Assembly: GCA_964247055.1 (NCBI GenBank)
Contig: OZ176052.1
Coordinates: 14,355,446 to 14,419,445, forward strand
Origin: Paragordius varius
Lineage: Eukaryota > Animalia > Nematomorpha
Length of the DNA stretch: 64,000 bases
Direction: 5' to 3'
Below, piece by piece: positions 15,001 through 30,000 of the stretch; the stretch's first letter is position 1, and every line of letters begins with the position of its first letter. Below the pieces are notes generated by a model. That model was not told the DNA's origin. It made no database searches and saw only the letters and a list, made by a program, of their open reading frames with translations. Both the position numbers and the translations under genes were made by a program.

Positions 15001-18000
15001 AATTTGGATTTTAGGTAACCATTTTTATTTTTAATATCGTATAAAATAAATTTTTTAAATATTTAAAAAATTCATAAAAATTACATTTATAGTCCGATCC
15101 CCAAAATATTTGGGGTGATGATGGAACTACCATAGGGCTACCCAAAAAAAATTATGGTGACATCACCTGATCAAATTTGGATTTTAGGTAGCCATTTTTA
15201 TTTTTAAAATCGTATAAAATATATTTTTTAAATATTTAAAAAATTCATAAAAATTACATTTATACTCCGATCTCGAAAATATTTGGGGTGATGATGGAAC
15301 TACCCTAGGGCTACCCAAAAAAAATTATAGTGACATCACCTGATCAAATTTGGATTTTAGGTAACCATTTTTATTTTTAATATCGTATAAAATAAATTTT
15401 TTAAATATTTAAAAAATTCATAAAAATTACATTTATAGTCCGATCCCCAAAATATTTGGGGTGATGATGGAACTACCATAGGGCTACCCAAAAAAATCTA
15501 GAGTGACATCACCTGATCAAATTTGGATTTTAGGTAGCCATTTTTATTTTTAAAATCGTATAAAATAAATTTTTTAAATATTTAAAAAATTCATAAAAAT
15601 TACATTTATAGTCCGATCCCCAAAATATTTGGGGTGATGATGGAACTACCATAGGGCTACCCAAAAAAAATTATGGTGACATCACCTGATCAAATTTGGA
15701 TTTTAGGTAGCCATTTTTATTTTTAAAATCGTATAAAATAAATTTTTTAAATATTTAAAAAATTCATAAAAATTACATTTATACTCCGATCTCGAAAATA
15801 TTTGGGGTGATGATGGAACTACCATAGGGCTACCCAAAAAAAATTATGGTGACATCACCTGATCAAATTTGGATTTTAGGTAGCCATTTTTATTTTTAAA
15901 ATCGTATAAAATAAATTTTTTAAATATTTAAAAAATTCATAAAAATTACATTTATACTCCGATCTCGAAAATATTTGGGGTGATGATGGAACTACCATAT
16001 GGCTACGCAAAAAAATTATGGTGACATCACCTGATCAAATTTGGATTTTAGGTAGCCATTTTTATTTTTAAAATCGTATAAAATAAATTTTTTAAATATT
16101 TAAAAAATTCAAAAAAATTACATTTATACTCCGATCTCGACAATATTTGGGGTGATGATGGAACTACCATAGGGCTACCCAAAAAAAATTATGGTGACAT
16201 CACCTGATCAAATTTGGATTTTAGGTAGCCATTTTTATTTTTAAAATCGTATAAAATAAATTTTTTAAATATTTAAAAAATTCATAAAAATTACATTTAT
16301 ACTCCGATCTCGAAAATATTTGGGGTGATGATGGAACTACCATAGGGCTACCCAAAAAAAATTATGGTGACATCACCTGATCAAATTTGGATTTTAGGTA
16401 GCCCCTTTTATTTTTAAAATTGTATAAAATAAATTTTTTAAATATTTAAAAAATTCATAAAAGTTACATTTATAGTCCGATCCCCAAAATATTTGTGGTG
16501 ATGATGGAACTACCATAGGGCTACCCAAAAAAAATTATGGTGACATCACCTGATCAAATTTGGATTTTAGGTAGCCATTTTTATTTTTAAAATCGTATAA
16601 AATAAATTTTTTAAATATTTAAAAAATTCATAAAAATTACATTTATAGTCCGATCCCCAAAATATTTGGGGTGATGATGGAACTACCATAGGGCTACCCA
16701 AAAAAAATTATAGTGACATCACCTGATCAAATTTGGATTTTAGGTAGCCATTTTTATTTTTAAAATCGTATAAAATATATTTTTTAAATATTTAAAAAAT
16801 TCATAAAAATTACATTTATACTCCGATCTCGAAAATATTTGGGGTGATGATGGAACTACCATAGGGCTACCCAAAAAAAATTATAGTGACATCACCTGAT
16901 CAAATTTGGATTTTAGGTAGCCATTTTTATTTTTAAAATCGTATAAAATATATTTTTTAAATATTTAAAAAATTCATAAAAATTACATTTATACTCCGAT
17001 CTCGAAAATATTTGGGGTGATGATGGAACTACCATAGGGCTACCCAAAAAAAATTATAGTGACATCACCTGATCAAATTTGGATTTTAGGTAACCATTTT
17101 TATTTTTAATATCGTATAAAATAAATTTTTTAAATATTTAAAAAATTCATAAAAATTACATTTATAGTCCGATCCCCAAAATATTTGGGGTGATGATGGA
17201 ACTACCATAGGGCTACCCAAAAAAAATTATAGTGACATCACCTGATCAAATTTGGATTTTAGGTAGCCATTTTTATTTTTAAAATCGTATAAAATAAATT
17301 TTTTAAATATTTAAAAAATTCATAAAAATTACATTTATAGTCCGATCCCCAAAATATTTGGGGTGATGATGGAACTACCATAGGGCTACCCAAAAAAAAT
17401 TATGGTGACATCACCTGATCAAATTTGGATTTTAGGTAGCCATTTTTATTTTTAAAATCGTATAAAATAAATTTTTTAAATATTTAAAAAATTCATAAAA
17501 ATTACATTTATACTCCGATCTCGAAAATATTTGGGGTGATGATGGAACTACCATAGGGCTACCCAAAAAAATTATAGTGACATCACCTGATCAAATTTGG
17601 ATTTTAGGTAGCCATTTTTATTTTTAAAATCGTATAAAATAAATTTTTTAAATATTTAAAAAATTCATAAAAATTACATTTATAGTCCGATCCCCAAAAT
17701 ATTTGGGGTGATGATGGAACTACCATAGGGCTACCCAAAAAAAATTATGGTGACATCACCTGATCAAATTTGGATTTTAGGTAGCCATTTTTATTTTTAA
17801 AATCGTATAAAATAAATTTTTTAAATATTTAAAAAATTCATAAAAATTACATTTATACACCGATCTCGAAAATATTTGGGGTGATGATGGAACTACCATA
17901 GGGCTACGCAAAAAAAATTATGGTGACATCACCTGATCAAATTTGGATTTTAGGTAGCCATTTTTATTTTTAAAATCGTATAAAATAAATTTTTTAAATA

Positions 18001-21000
18001 TTTAAAAAATTCAAAAAAATTACATTTATACTCCGATCTCGACAATATTTGGGGTGATGATGGAACTACCATAGGGCTACGCAAAAAAAATTATGGTGAC
18101 ATCACCTGATCAAATTTGGATTTTAGGTAGCCATTTTTATTTTTAAAATCGTATAAAATATATTTTTTAAATATTTAAAAAATTCATAAAAATTACATTT
18201 ATACTCCGATCTCGAAAATATTTGGGGTGATGATGGAATTACCATAGGGCTACCCACAAAAAATTATGGTGACATCACCTGATCAAATTTGGATTTTAGG
18301 TAGCCATTTTTATTTTTAAAATCGTATAAAATATATTTTTTAAATATTTAAAAAATTCATAAAAATTACATTTATACTCCGATCTCGAAAATATTTGGGG
18401 TGATGATGGAACTACCATAGGGCTACCCAAAAAAAATTATAGTGACATCACCTGATCAAATTTGGATTTTAGGTAACCATTTTTATTTTTAATATCGTAT
18501 AAAATAAATTTTTTAAATATTTAAAAAATTCATAAAAATTACATTTATAGTGATATCCCCAAAATATTTGGGGTGATGATGGAACTACCATAGGGCTACC
18601 CAAAAAAAATTATAGTGACATAACCTGATCAAATTTGGATTTTAGGTAGCCATTTTTATTTTTAAAATCGTATAAAATAAATTTTTTAAATATTTAAAAA
18701 ATTCATAAAAATTACATTTATAGTCCGATCCCCAAAATATTTGGGGTGATGATGGAACTACCATAGGGCTACCCAAAAAAAATTATGGTGACATCACCTG
18801 ATCAAATTTGGATTTTAGGTAGCCATTTTTATTTTTAAAATCGTATAAAATAAATTTTTTAAATATTTAAAAAATTCATAAAAATTACATTTATACTCCG
18901 ATCTCGAAAATATTTGGGGTGATGATGGAACTACCATAGGGCTACCCAAAAAAATTATAGTGACATCACCTGAATTTGGATTTTAGGTAGCCATTTTTAT
19001 TTTTAAAATCGTATAAAATAAATTTTTTAAATATTTAAAAAATTCATAAAAATTACATTTATAGTCCGATCCCCAAAATATTTGGGGTGATGATGGAACT
19101 ACCATAGGGCTACCCAAAAAAAATTATGGTGACATCACCTGATCAAATTTGGATTTTAGGTAGCCATTTTTATTTTTAAAATCGTATAAAATAAATTTTT
19201 TAAATATTTAAAAAATTCATAAAAATTACATTTATACTCCGATCTCGAAAATATTTGGGGTGATGATGGAACTACCATAGGGCTACGCAAAAAAAATTAT
19301 GGTGACATCACCTGATCAAATTTGGATTTTAGGTAGCCATTTTTATTTTTAAAATCGTATAAAATAAATTTTTTAAATATTTAAAAAATTCAAAAAAATT
19401 ACATTTATACTCCGATCTCGACAATATTTGGGGTGATGATGGAACTACCATAGGGCTACGCAAAAAAAATTATGGTGACATCACCTGATCAAATTTGGAT
19501 TTTAGGTAGCCATTTTTATTTTTAAAATCGTATAAAATAAATTTTTTAAATATTTAAAAAATTCAAAAAAATTACATTTATACTCCGATCTCGACAATAT
19601 TTGGGGTGATGATGGAACTACCATAGGGCTACCCAAAAAAAATTATGGTGACATCACCTGATCAAATTTGGATTTTAGGTAGCCATTTTTATTTTTAAAA
19701 TCGTATAAAATAAATTTTTTAAATATTTAAAAAATTCATAAAAATTACATTTATACTCCGATCTCGAAAATATTTGGGGTGATGATGGAACTACCATAGG
19801 GCTACCCAAAAAAAATTATGGTGACATCACCTGATCAAATTTGGATTTTAGGTAGCCATTTTTATTTTTAAAATTGTATAAAATAAATTTTTTAAATATT
19901 TAAAAAATTCATAAAAGTTACATTTATAGTCCGATCCCCAAAATATTTGTGGTGATGATGGAACTACCATAGCGCTACCCAAAAAAAATTATGGTGACAT
20001 CACCTGATCAAATTTGGATTTTAGGTAGCCATTTTTATTTTTAAAATCGTATAAAATAAATTTTTTAAATATTTAAAAAATTCATAAAAATTACATTTAT
20101 AGTCCGATCCCCAAAATATTTGGGGTGATGATGGAACTACCATAGGGCTACCCAAAAAAAATTATAGTGACATCACCTGATCAAATTTGGATTTTAGGTA
20201 GCCATTTTTATTTTTAAAATCGTATAAAATAAATTTTTTAAATATTTAAAAAATTCATAAAAATTACATTTATAGTCCGATCCCCAAAATATTTGGGGTG
20301 ATGATGGAACTACCATAGGGCTACCCAAAAAAAATTATGGTGACATCACCTGATCAAATTTGGATTTTAGGTAGCCATTTTTATTTTTAAAATCGTATAA
20401 AATAAATTTTTTAAATATTTAAAAAATTCATAAAAATTACATTTATACTCCGATCTCGAAAATATTTGGGGTGATGATGGAACTACCATAGGGCTACCCA
20501 AAAAAATTATAGTGACATCACCTGATCAAATTTGGATTTTAGGTAGCCATTTTTATTTTTAAAATCGTATAAAATAAATTTTTTAAATATTTAAAAAATT
20601 CATAAAAATTACATTTATAGTCCGATCCCCAAAATATTTGGGGTGATGATGGAACTACCATAGGGCTACCCAAAAAAAATTATGGTGACATCACCTGATC
20701 AAATTTGGATTTTAGGTAGCCATTTTTATTATTAAAATCGTATAAAATAAATTTTTTAAATATTTAAAAAATTCATAAAAATTACATTTATACACCGATC
20801 TCGAAAATATTTGGGGTGATGATGGAACTACCATAGGGCTACGCAAAAAAAATTATGGTGACATCACCTGATCAAATTTGGATTTTAGGTAGCCATTTTT
20901 ATTTTTAAAATCGTATAAAATAAATTTTTTAAATATTTAAAAAATTCAAAAAAATTACATTTATACTCCGATCTCGACAATATTTGTGGTGATGATGGAA

Positions 21001-24000
21001 CTACCATAGGGCTACGCAAAAAAAATTATGGTGACATCACCTGATCAAATTTGGATTTTAGGTAGCCATTTTTATTTTTAAAATCGTATAAAATATATTT
21101 TTTAAATATTTAAAAAATTCATAAAAATTACATTTATACTCCGATCTCGAAAATATTTGGGGTGATGATGGAATTACCATAGGGCTACCCACAAAAAATT
21201 ATGGTGACATCACCTGATCAAATTTGGATTTTAGGTAGCCATTTTTATTTTTAAAATCGTATAAAATATATTTTTTAAATATTTAAAAAATTCATAAAAA
21301 TTACATTTATACTCCGATCTCGAAAATATTTGGGGTGATGATGGAACTACCATAGGGCTACCCAAAAAAAATTATAGTGACATCACCTGATCAAATTTGG
21401 ATTTTAGGTAACCATTTTTATTTTTAATATCGTATAAAATAAATTTTTTAAATATTTAAAAAATTCATAAAAATTACATTTATAGTCCGATCCCCAAAAT
21501 ATTTGGGGTGATGATGGAACTACCATAGGGCTACCCAAAAAAAATTATAGTGACATAACCTGATCAAATTTGGATTTTAGGTAGCCATTTTTATTTTTAA
21601 AATCGTATAAAATAAATTTTTTAAATATTTAAAAAATTCATAAAAATTACATTTATAGTCCGATCCCCAAAATATTTGGGGTGATGATGGAACTACCATA
21701 GGGCTACCCAAAAAAAATTATGGTGACATCACCTGATCAAATTTGGATTTTAGGTAGCCATTTTTATTTTTAAAATCGTATAAAATAAATTTTTTAAATA
21801 TTTAAAAAATTCATAAAAATTACATTTATACTCCGATCTCGAAAATATTTGGGGTGATGATGGAACTACCATAGGGCTACCCAAAAAAATTATAGTGACA
21901 TCACCTGATCAAATTTGGATTTTAGGTAGCCATTTTTATTTTTAAAATCGTATAAAATAAATTTTTTAAATATTTAAAAAATTCATAAAAATTACATTTA
22001 TAGTCCGATCCCCAAAATATTTGGGGTGATGATGGAACTACCATAGGGCTACCCAAAAAAAATTATGGTGACATCACCTGATCAAATTTGGATTTTAGGT
22101 AGCCATTTTTATTTTTAAAATCGTATAAAATAAATTTTTTAAATATTTAAAAAATTCATAAAAATTACATTTATACTCCGATCTCGAAAATATTTGGGGT
22201 GATGATGGAACTACCATAGGGCTACGCAAAAAAAATTATGGTGACATCACCTGATCAAATTTGGATTTTAGGTAGCCATTTTTATTTTTAAAATCGTATA
22301 AAATAAATTTTTTAAATATTTAAAAAATTCAAAAAAATTACATTTATACTCCGATCTCGACAATATTTGGGGTGATGATGGAACTACCATAGGGCTACGC
22401 AAAAAAAATTATGGTGACATCACCTGATCAAATTTGGATTTTAGGTAGCCATTTTTATTTTTAAAATCGTATAAAATAAATTTTTTAAATATTTAAAAAA
22501 TTCAAAAAAATTACATTTATACTCCGATCTCGACAATATTTGTGGTGATGATGGAACTACCATAGGGCTACCCAAAAAAAATTATGGTGACATCACCTGA
22601 TCAAATTTGGATTTTAGGTAGCCATTTTTATTTTTAAAATCGTATAAAATAAATTTTTTAAATATTTAAAAAATTCATAAAAATTACATTTATACTCCGA
22701 TCTCGAAAATATTTGGGGTGATGATGGAACTACCATAGGGCTACCCAAAAAAAATTATGGTGACATCACCTGATCAAATTTGGATTTTAGGTAGCCATTT
22801 TTATTTTTAAAATTGTATAAAATAAATTTTTTAAATATTTAAAAAATTCATAAAAGTTACATTTATAGTCCGATCCCCAAAATATTTGTGGTGATGATGG
22901 AACTACCATAGGGCTACCCAAAAAAAATTATGGTGACATCACCTGATCAAATTTGGATTTTAGGTAGCCATTTTTATTTTTAAAATCGTATAAAATAAAT
23001 TTTTTAAATATTTAAAAAATTCATAAAAATTACATTTATAGTCCGATCCCCAAAATATTTGGGGTGATGATGGAACAACCATAGGGCTACGCAAAAAAAA
23101 TTATGGCGACATCACCTGATCAAATTTGGATTTTAGGTAGCCATTTTTATTTTTAATATCGTATAAAATAAATTTTTTAAATATTTAAAAAATTCATAAA
23201 AATTACATTTATAGTCCGATCCCCAAAATATTTGGGGTGATGATGGAACTACCATAGGGCTACCCAAAAAAAATTATAGTGACATCACCTGATCAAATTT
23301 GGATTTTAGGTAGCCATTTTTATTTTTAAAATCGTATAAAATAAATTTTTTAAATATTTAAAAAATTCATAAAAATTACATTTATAGTCCGATCCCCAAA
23401 ATATTTGGGGTGATGATGGAACAACCATAGGGCTACGCAAAAAAAATTATGGCGACATCACCTGATCAAATTTGGATTTTAGGTAGCCATTTTTATTTTT
23501 AAAATCGTATAAAATAAATTTTTTAAATATTGAAAAAATACAAAAAAATTACATTTATACTCCGATCTCGAAAATATTTGGGGTGATGATGGAACTACCA
23601 TAGGGCTACCCAAAAAAAATTATGGCGACATCACCTGATCAAATTTGGATTTTAGGTAGCCATTTTTATTTTTAAAATCGTATAAAATAAATTTTTTAAA
23701 TGTTTAAAAAATTCATAAAAATTACATTTATAGTCCGATCCCCAAAATATTTGGGGTGATGATGGAATTACCATAGGGCTACCCAAAAAAAATTATGGTG
23801 ACATCACCTGATCAAATTTGGATTTTAGGTAGCCATTTTTATTTTTAAAATCGTATAAAATATATTTTTTAAATATTTAAAAAATTCATAAAAATTACAT
23901 TTATACTCCGATCTCGAAAATATTTGGGGTGATGATGGAACTACCCTAGGGCTACCCAAAAAAAATTATAGTGACATCACCTGATCAAATTTGGATTTTA

Positions 24001-27000
24001 GGTAACCATTTTTATTTTTAATATCGTATAAAATAAATTTTTTAAATATTTAAAAAATTCATAAAAATTACATTTATAGTCCGATCCCCAAAATATTTGG
24101 GGTGATGATGGAATTACCATAGGGCTACCCAAAAAAAATTATGGTGACATCACCTGATCAAATTTGGATTTTAGGTAGCCATTTTTATTTTTAAAATCGT
24201 ATAAAATATATTTTTTAAATATTTAAAAAATTCATAAAAATTACATTTATACTCCGATCTCGAAAATATTTGGGGTGATGATGGAACTACCCTAGGGCTA
24301 CCCAAAAAAAATTATAGTGACATCACCTGATCAAATTTGGATTTTAGGTAACCATTTTTATTTTTAATATCGTATAAAATAAATTTTTTAAATATTTAAA
24401 AAATTCATAAAAATTACATTTATAGTCCGATTCCCAAAATATTTGGGGTGATGATGGAACTACCATAGGGCTACCCAAAAAAAATTATAGTGACATCACC
24501 TGATCAAATTTGGATTTTAGGTAGCCATTTTTATTTTTAAAATCGTATAAAATAAATTTTTTAAATATTTAAAAAATTCATAAAAATTACATTTATTCCT
24601 CAAAATATTTGGGGTGATGATGGAACTACCATAGGGCTACCCAAAAAAAATTATGGTGACATCACCTGATCAAATTTGGATTTTAGGTAGCCATTTTTAT
24701 TTTTAAAATCGTATAAAATAAATTTTTTAAATATTTAAAAAATTCATAAAAATTACATTTATACTCCGATCTCGAAAATATTTGGGGTGATGATGGAACT
24801 ACCATAGGGCTACCCAAAAAAAATTATAGTGAAACACCTGATCAAATTTGGATTTTAGGTAGCCATTTTTATTTTTAAAATCGTATAAAATAAATTTTTT
24901 AAATATTTAAAAAATTCATAAAAATTACATTTATAGTCCGATCCCCAAAATATTTGGGGTGATGATGGAACTACCATAGGGCTACCCAAAAAAAATTATG
25001 GTGACATCACCTGATCAAATTTGGATTTTAGGTAGCCATTTTTATTTTTAAAATCGTATAAAATAAATTTTTAAATATTTAAAAAATTCATAAAAATTAC
25101 ATTTATAGTCCGATCCCCAAAATATTTGGGGTGATGATGGAACTACCATAGGGCTACCCAAAAAATATTATGGTGACATCACCTGATCAAATTTGGATTT
25201 TAGGTAGCCATTTTTATTTTTAAAATCGTATAAAATAAATTTTTTAAATATTGAAAAAATTCAAAAAAATTACATTTATACTCCGATCTCGAAAATATTT
25301 GGGGTGATGATGGAACTACCATAGGGCTACCCAAAAAAAATTATGGCGACATCACCTGATCAAATTTGGATTTTAGGTAGCCATTTTTATTTTTAAAATC
25401 GTATAAAATAAATTTTTTAAATGTTTAAAAAATTCATAAAAATTACATTTATAGTCCGATCCCCAAAATATTTGGGGTGATGATGGAATTACCATAGGGC
25501 TACCCAAAAAAAATTATGGTGACATCACCTGATCAAATTTGGATTTTAGGTAGCCATTTTGATTTTTAAAATCGTATAAAATATATTTTTTAAATATTTA
25601 AAAAATTCATAAAAATTACATTTATACTCCGATCTCGAAAATATTTGGGGTGATGATGGAACTACCATAGGGCTACCCAAAAAAAATTATAGTGACATCA
25701 CCTGATCAAATTTGGATTTTAGGTAACCATTTTTATTTTTAATATCGTATAAAATAAATTTTTTAAATATTTAAAAAATTCATAAAAATTACATTTATAG
25801 TCCGATCCCCAAAATATTTGGGGTGATGATGGAACTACCATAGGGCTACCCAAAAAAAATTATAGTGACATCACCTGATCAAATTTGGATTTTAGGTAGC
25901 CATTTTTATTTTTAAAATCGTATAAAATAAATTTTTTAAATATTTAAAAAATTCATAAAAATTACATTTATAGTCCGATCCCCAAAATATTTGGGGTGAT
26001 GATGGAACTACCATAGGGCTACCCAAAAAAAATTATGGTGACATCACCTGATCAAATTTGGATTTTAGGTAGCCATTTTTATTTTTAAAATCGTATAAAA
26101 TAAATTTTTTTGATATTTAAAAAATTCATAAAAATTACATTTATACTCCGATCTCGAAAATATTTGGGGTGATGATGGAACTACCATAGGGCTACCCAAA
26201 AAAAATTATGGTGACATCACCTGATCAAATTTGGATTTTAGGTAGCCATTTTTATTTTTAAAATTGTATAAAATCAATTTTTTAAATATTTAAAAAATTC
26301 ATAAAAGTTACATTTATAGTCCGATCCCCAAAATATTTGGGGTGATGATGGAACTACCATAGGGCTACCCAAAAAAAATTATAGTGACATCACCTGATCA
26401 AATTTGGATTTTAGGTAGCCATTTTTATTTTTAAAATCGTATAAAATAAATTTTTTAAATATTTAAAAAATTCATAAAAAGTACATTTATAGTCCGATCC
26501 CCAAAATATTTGGGGTGATGATGGAACTACCCTAGGGCTACCCAAAAAAAATTATAGTGACATCACCTGATCAAATTTGGATTTTAGGTAACCATTTTTA
26601 TTTTTAATATCGTATAAAATAAATTTTTTAAATATTTAAAAAATTCATAAAAATTACATTTATAGTCCGATCCCCAAAATATTTGGGTTGATGATGGAAT
26701 TACCATAGGGCTACCCAAAAAAAATTATGGTGACATCACCTGATCAAATTTGGATTTTAGGTAGCCATTTTTATTTTTAAAATCGTATAAAATATATTTT
26801 TTAAATATTTAAAAAATTCATAAAAATTACATTTATACTCCGATCTCGAAAATATTTGGGGTGATGATGGAACTACCCTAGGGCTACCCAAAAAAAATTA
26901 TAGTGACATCACCTGATCAAATTTGGATTTTAGGTAACCATTTTTATTTTTAATATCGTATAAAATAAATTTTTTAAATATTTAAAAAATTCATAAAAAT

Positions 27001-30000
27001 TACATTTATAGTCCGATCCCCAAAATATTTGGGGTGATGATGGAACTACCATAGGGCTACCCAAAAAAAATTATAGTGACATCACCTGATCAAATTTGGA
27101 TTTTAGGTAGCCATTTTTATTTTTAAAATCGTATAAAATAAATTTTTTAAATATTTAAAAAATTCATAAAAATTACATTTATAGTCCGATCCTCAAAATA
27201 TTTGGGGTGATGATGGAACTACCATAGGGCTACCCAAAAAAAATTATGGTGACATCACCTGATCAAATTTGGATTTTAGGTAGCCATTTTTATTTTTAAA
27301 ATCGTATAAAATAAATTTTTTAAATATTTAAAAAATTCATAAAAATTACATTTATACTCCGATCTCGAAAATATTTGGGGTGATGATGGAACTACCATAG
27401 GGCTACCCAAAAAAAATTATAGTGACATCACCTGATCAAATTTGGATTTTAGGTAGCCATTTTTATTTTTAAAATCGTATAAAATAAATTTTTTAAATAT
27501 TTAAAAAATTCATAAAAATTACATTTATAGTCCGATCCCCAAAATATTTGGGGTGATGATGGAACTACCATAGGGCTACCCAAAAAAAATTATGGTGACA
27601 TCACCTGATCAAATTTGGATTTTAGGTAGCCATTTTTATTTTTAAAATCGTATAAAATAAATTTTTTAAATATTTAAAAAATTCATAAAAATTACATTTA
27701 TAGTCCGATCCCCAAAATATTTGGGGTGATGATGGAACTACCATAGGGCTACCCAAAAAATATTATGGTGACATCACCTGATCAAATTTGGATTTTAGGT
27801 AGCCATTTTTATTTTTAAAATCGTATAAAATAAATTTTTTAAATATTGAAAAAATTCAAAAAAATTACATTTATACTCCGATCTCGAAAATATTTGGGGT
27901 GATGATGGAACTACCATAGGGCTACCCAAAAAAAATTATGGCGACATCACCTGATCAAATTTGGATTTTAGGTAGCCATTTTTATTTTTAAAATCGTATA
28001 AAATAAATTTTTTAAATGTTTAAAAAATTCATAAAAATTACATTTATAGTCCGATCCCCAAAATATTTGGGGTGATGATGGAATTACCATAGGGCTACCC
28101 AAAAAAAATTATGGTGACATCACCTGATCAAATTTGGATTTTAGGTAGCCATTTTTATTTTTAAAATCGTATAAAATAAATTTTTTAAATATTTAAAAAA
28201 TTCATAAAAATTACATTTATACTCCGATCTCGAAAATATTCGGGGTGATGATGGAACTACCATAGGGCTACCCAAAAAAAATTATGGCGACATCACCTGA
28301 TCAAATTTGGATTTTAGGTAGCCATTTTTATTTTTAAAATCGTATAAAATAAATTTTTTAAATATTTAAAAAATTCATAAAAATTACATTTATAGTCCGA
28401 TCTTCAAAATATTTGGGGTGATGATGGAACAACCATAGGGCTACGCAAAAAAAATTATGGCGACATCACCTGATCAAATTTGGATTTTAGGTAGCCATTT
28501 TTATTTTTAATATCGTATAAAATAAATTTTTTAAATATTTAAAAAATTCATAAAAATTACATTTATAGTCCGATCCCCAAAATATTTGGGGTGATGATGG
28601 AACTACCATAGGGCTACCCAAAAAAAATTATAGTGACATCACCTGATCAAATTTGGATTTTAGGTAGCCATTTTTATTTTTGAAATCGTATAAAATAAAT
28701 TTTTTAAATATTTAAAAAATTCATAAAAATTACATTTATAGTCCGATCCCCAAAATATTTGGGGTGATGATGGAATTACCATAGGGCTACCCACAAAAAA
28801 TTATGGTGACATCACCTGATCAAATTTGGATTTTAGGTAGCCATTTTTATTTTTAAAATCGTATAAAATATATTTTTTAAATATTTAAAAAATTCATAAA
28901 AATTACATTTATACTCCGATCTCGAAAATATTTGGGGTGATGATGGAACTACCATAGGGCTACCCAAAAAAAATTATAGTGACATCACCTGATCAAATTT
29001 GGATTTTAGGTAACCATTTTTATTTTTAATATCGTATAAAATAAATTTTTTAAATATTTAAAAAATTCATAAAAATTACATTTATAGTCCGATCCCCAAA
29101 ATATTTGGGGTGATGATGGAACTACCATAGGGCTACCCAAAAAAAATTATAGTGACATCACCTGATCAAATTTGGATTTTAGGTAGCCATTTTTATTTTT
29201 AAAATCGTATAAAATAAATTTTTTAAATATTTAAAAAATTCATAAAAATTACATTTATAGTCCGATCCCCAAAATATTTGGGGTGATGATGGAACTACCA
29301 TAGGGCTACCCAAAAAAAATTATGGTGACATCACCTGATCAAATTTGGATTTAAGGTAGCCATTTTTATTTTTAAAATCGTATAAAATAAATTTTTTAAA
29401 TATTTAAAAAATTCATAAAAATTACATTTATACTCCGATCTCGAAAATATTTGGGGTGATGATGGAACTACCATAGGGCTACCCAAAAAAATTATAGTGA
29501 CATCACCTGATCAAATTTGGATTTTAGGTAGCCATTTTTATTTTTAAAATCGTATAAAATAAATTTTTTAAATATTTAAAAAATTCATAAAAATTACATT
29601 TATAGTCCGATCCCCAAAATATTTGGGGTGATGATGGAACTACCATAGGGCTACCCAAAAAAAATTATGGTGACATCACCTGATCAAATTTGGATTTTAG
29701 GTAGATATTTTTATTTTTAAAATCGTATAAAATAAATTTTTTAAATATTTAAAAAATTCATAAAAATTACATTTATAGTCCGATCCCCAAAATATTTGGG
29801 GTGATGATGGAATTACCATAGGGCTACCCACAAAAAATTATGGTGACATCACCTGATCAAATTTGGATTTTAGGTAGCCATTTTTATTTTTAAAATCGTA
29901 TAAAATATATTTTTTAAATATTTAAAAAATTCATAAAAATTACATTTATACTCCGATCTCGAAAATATTTGGGGTGATGATGGAACTACCATAGGGCTAC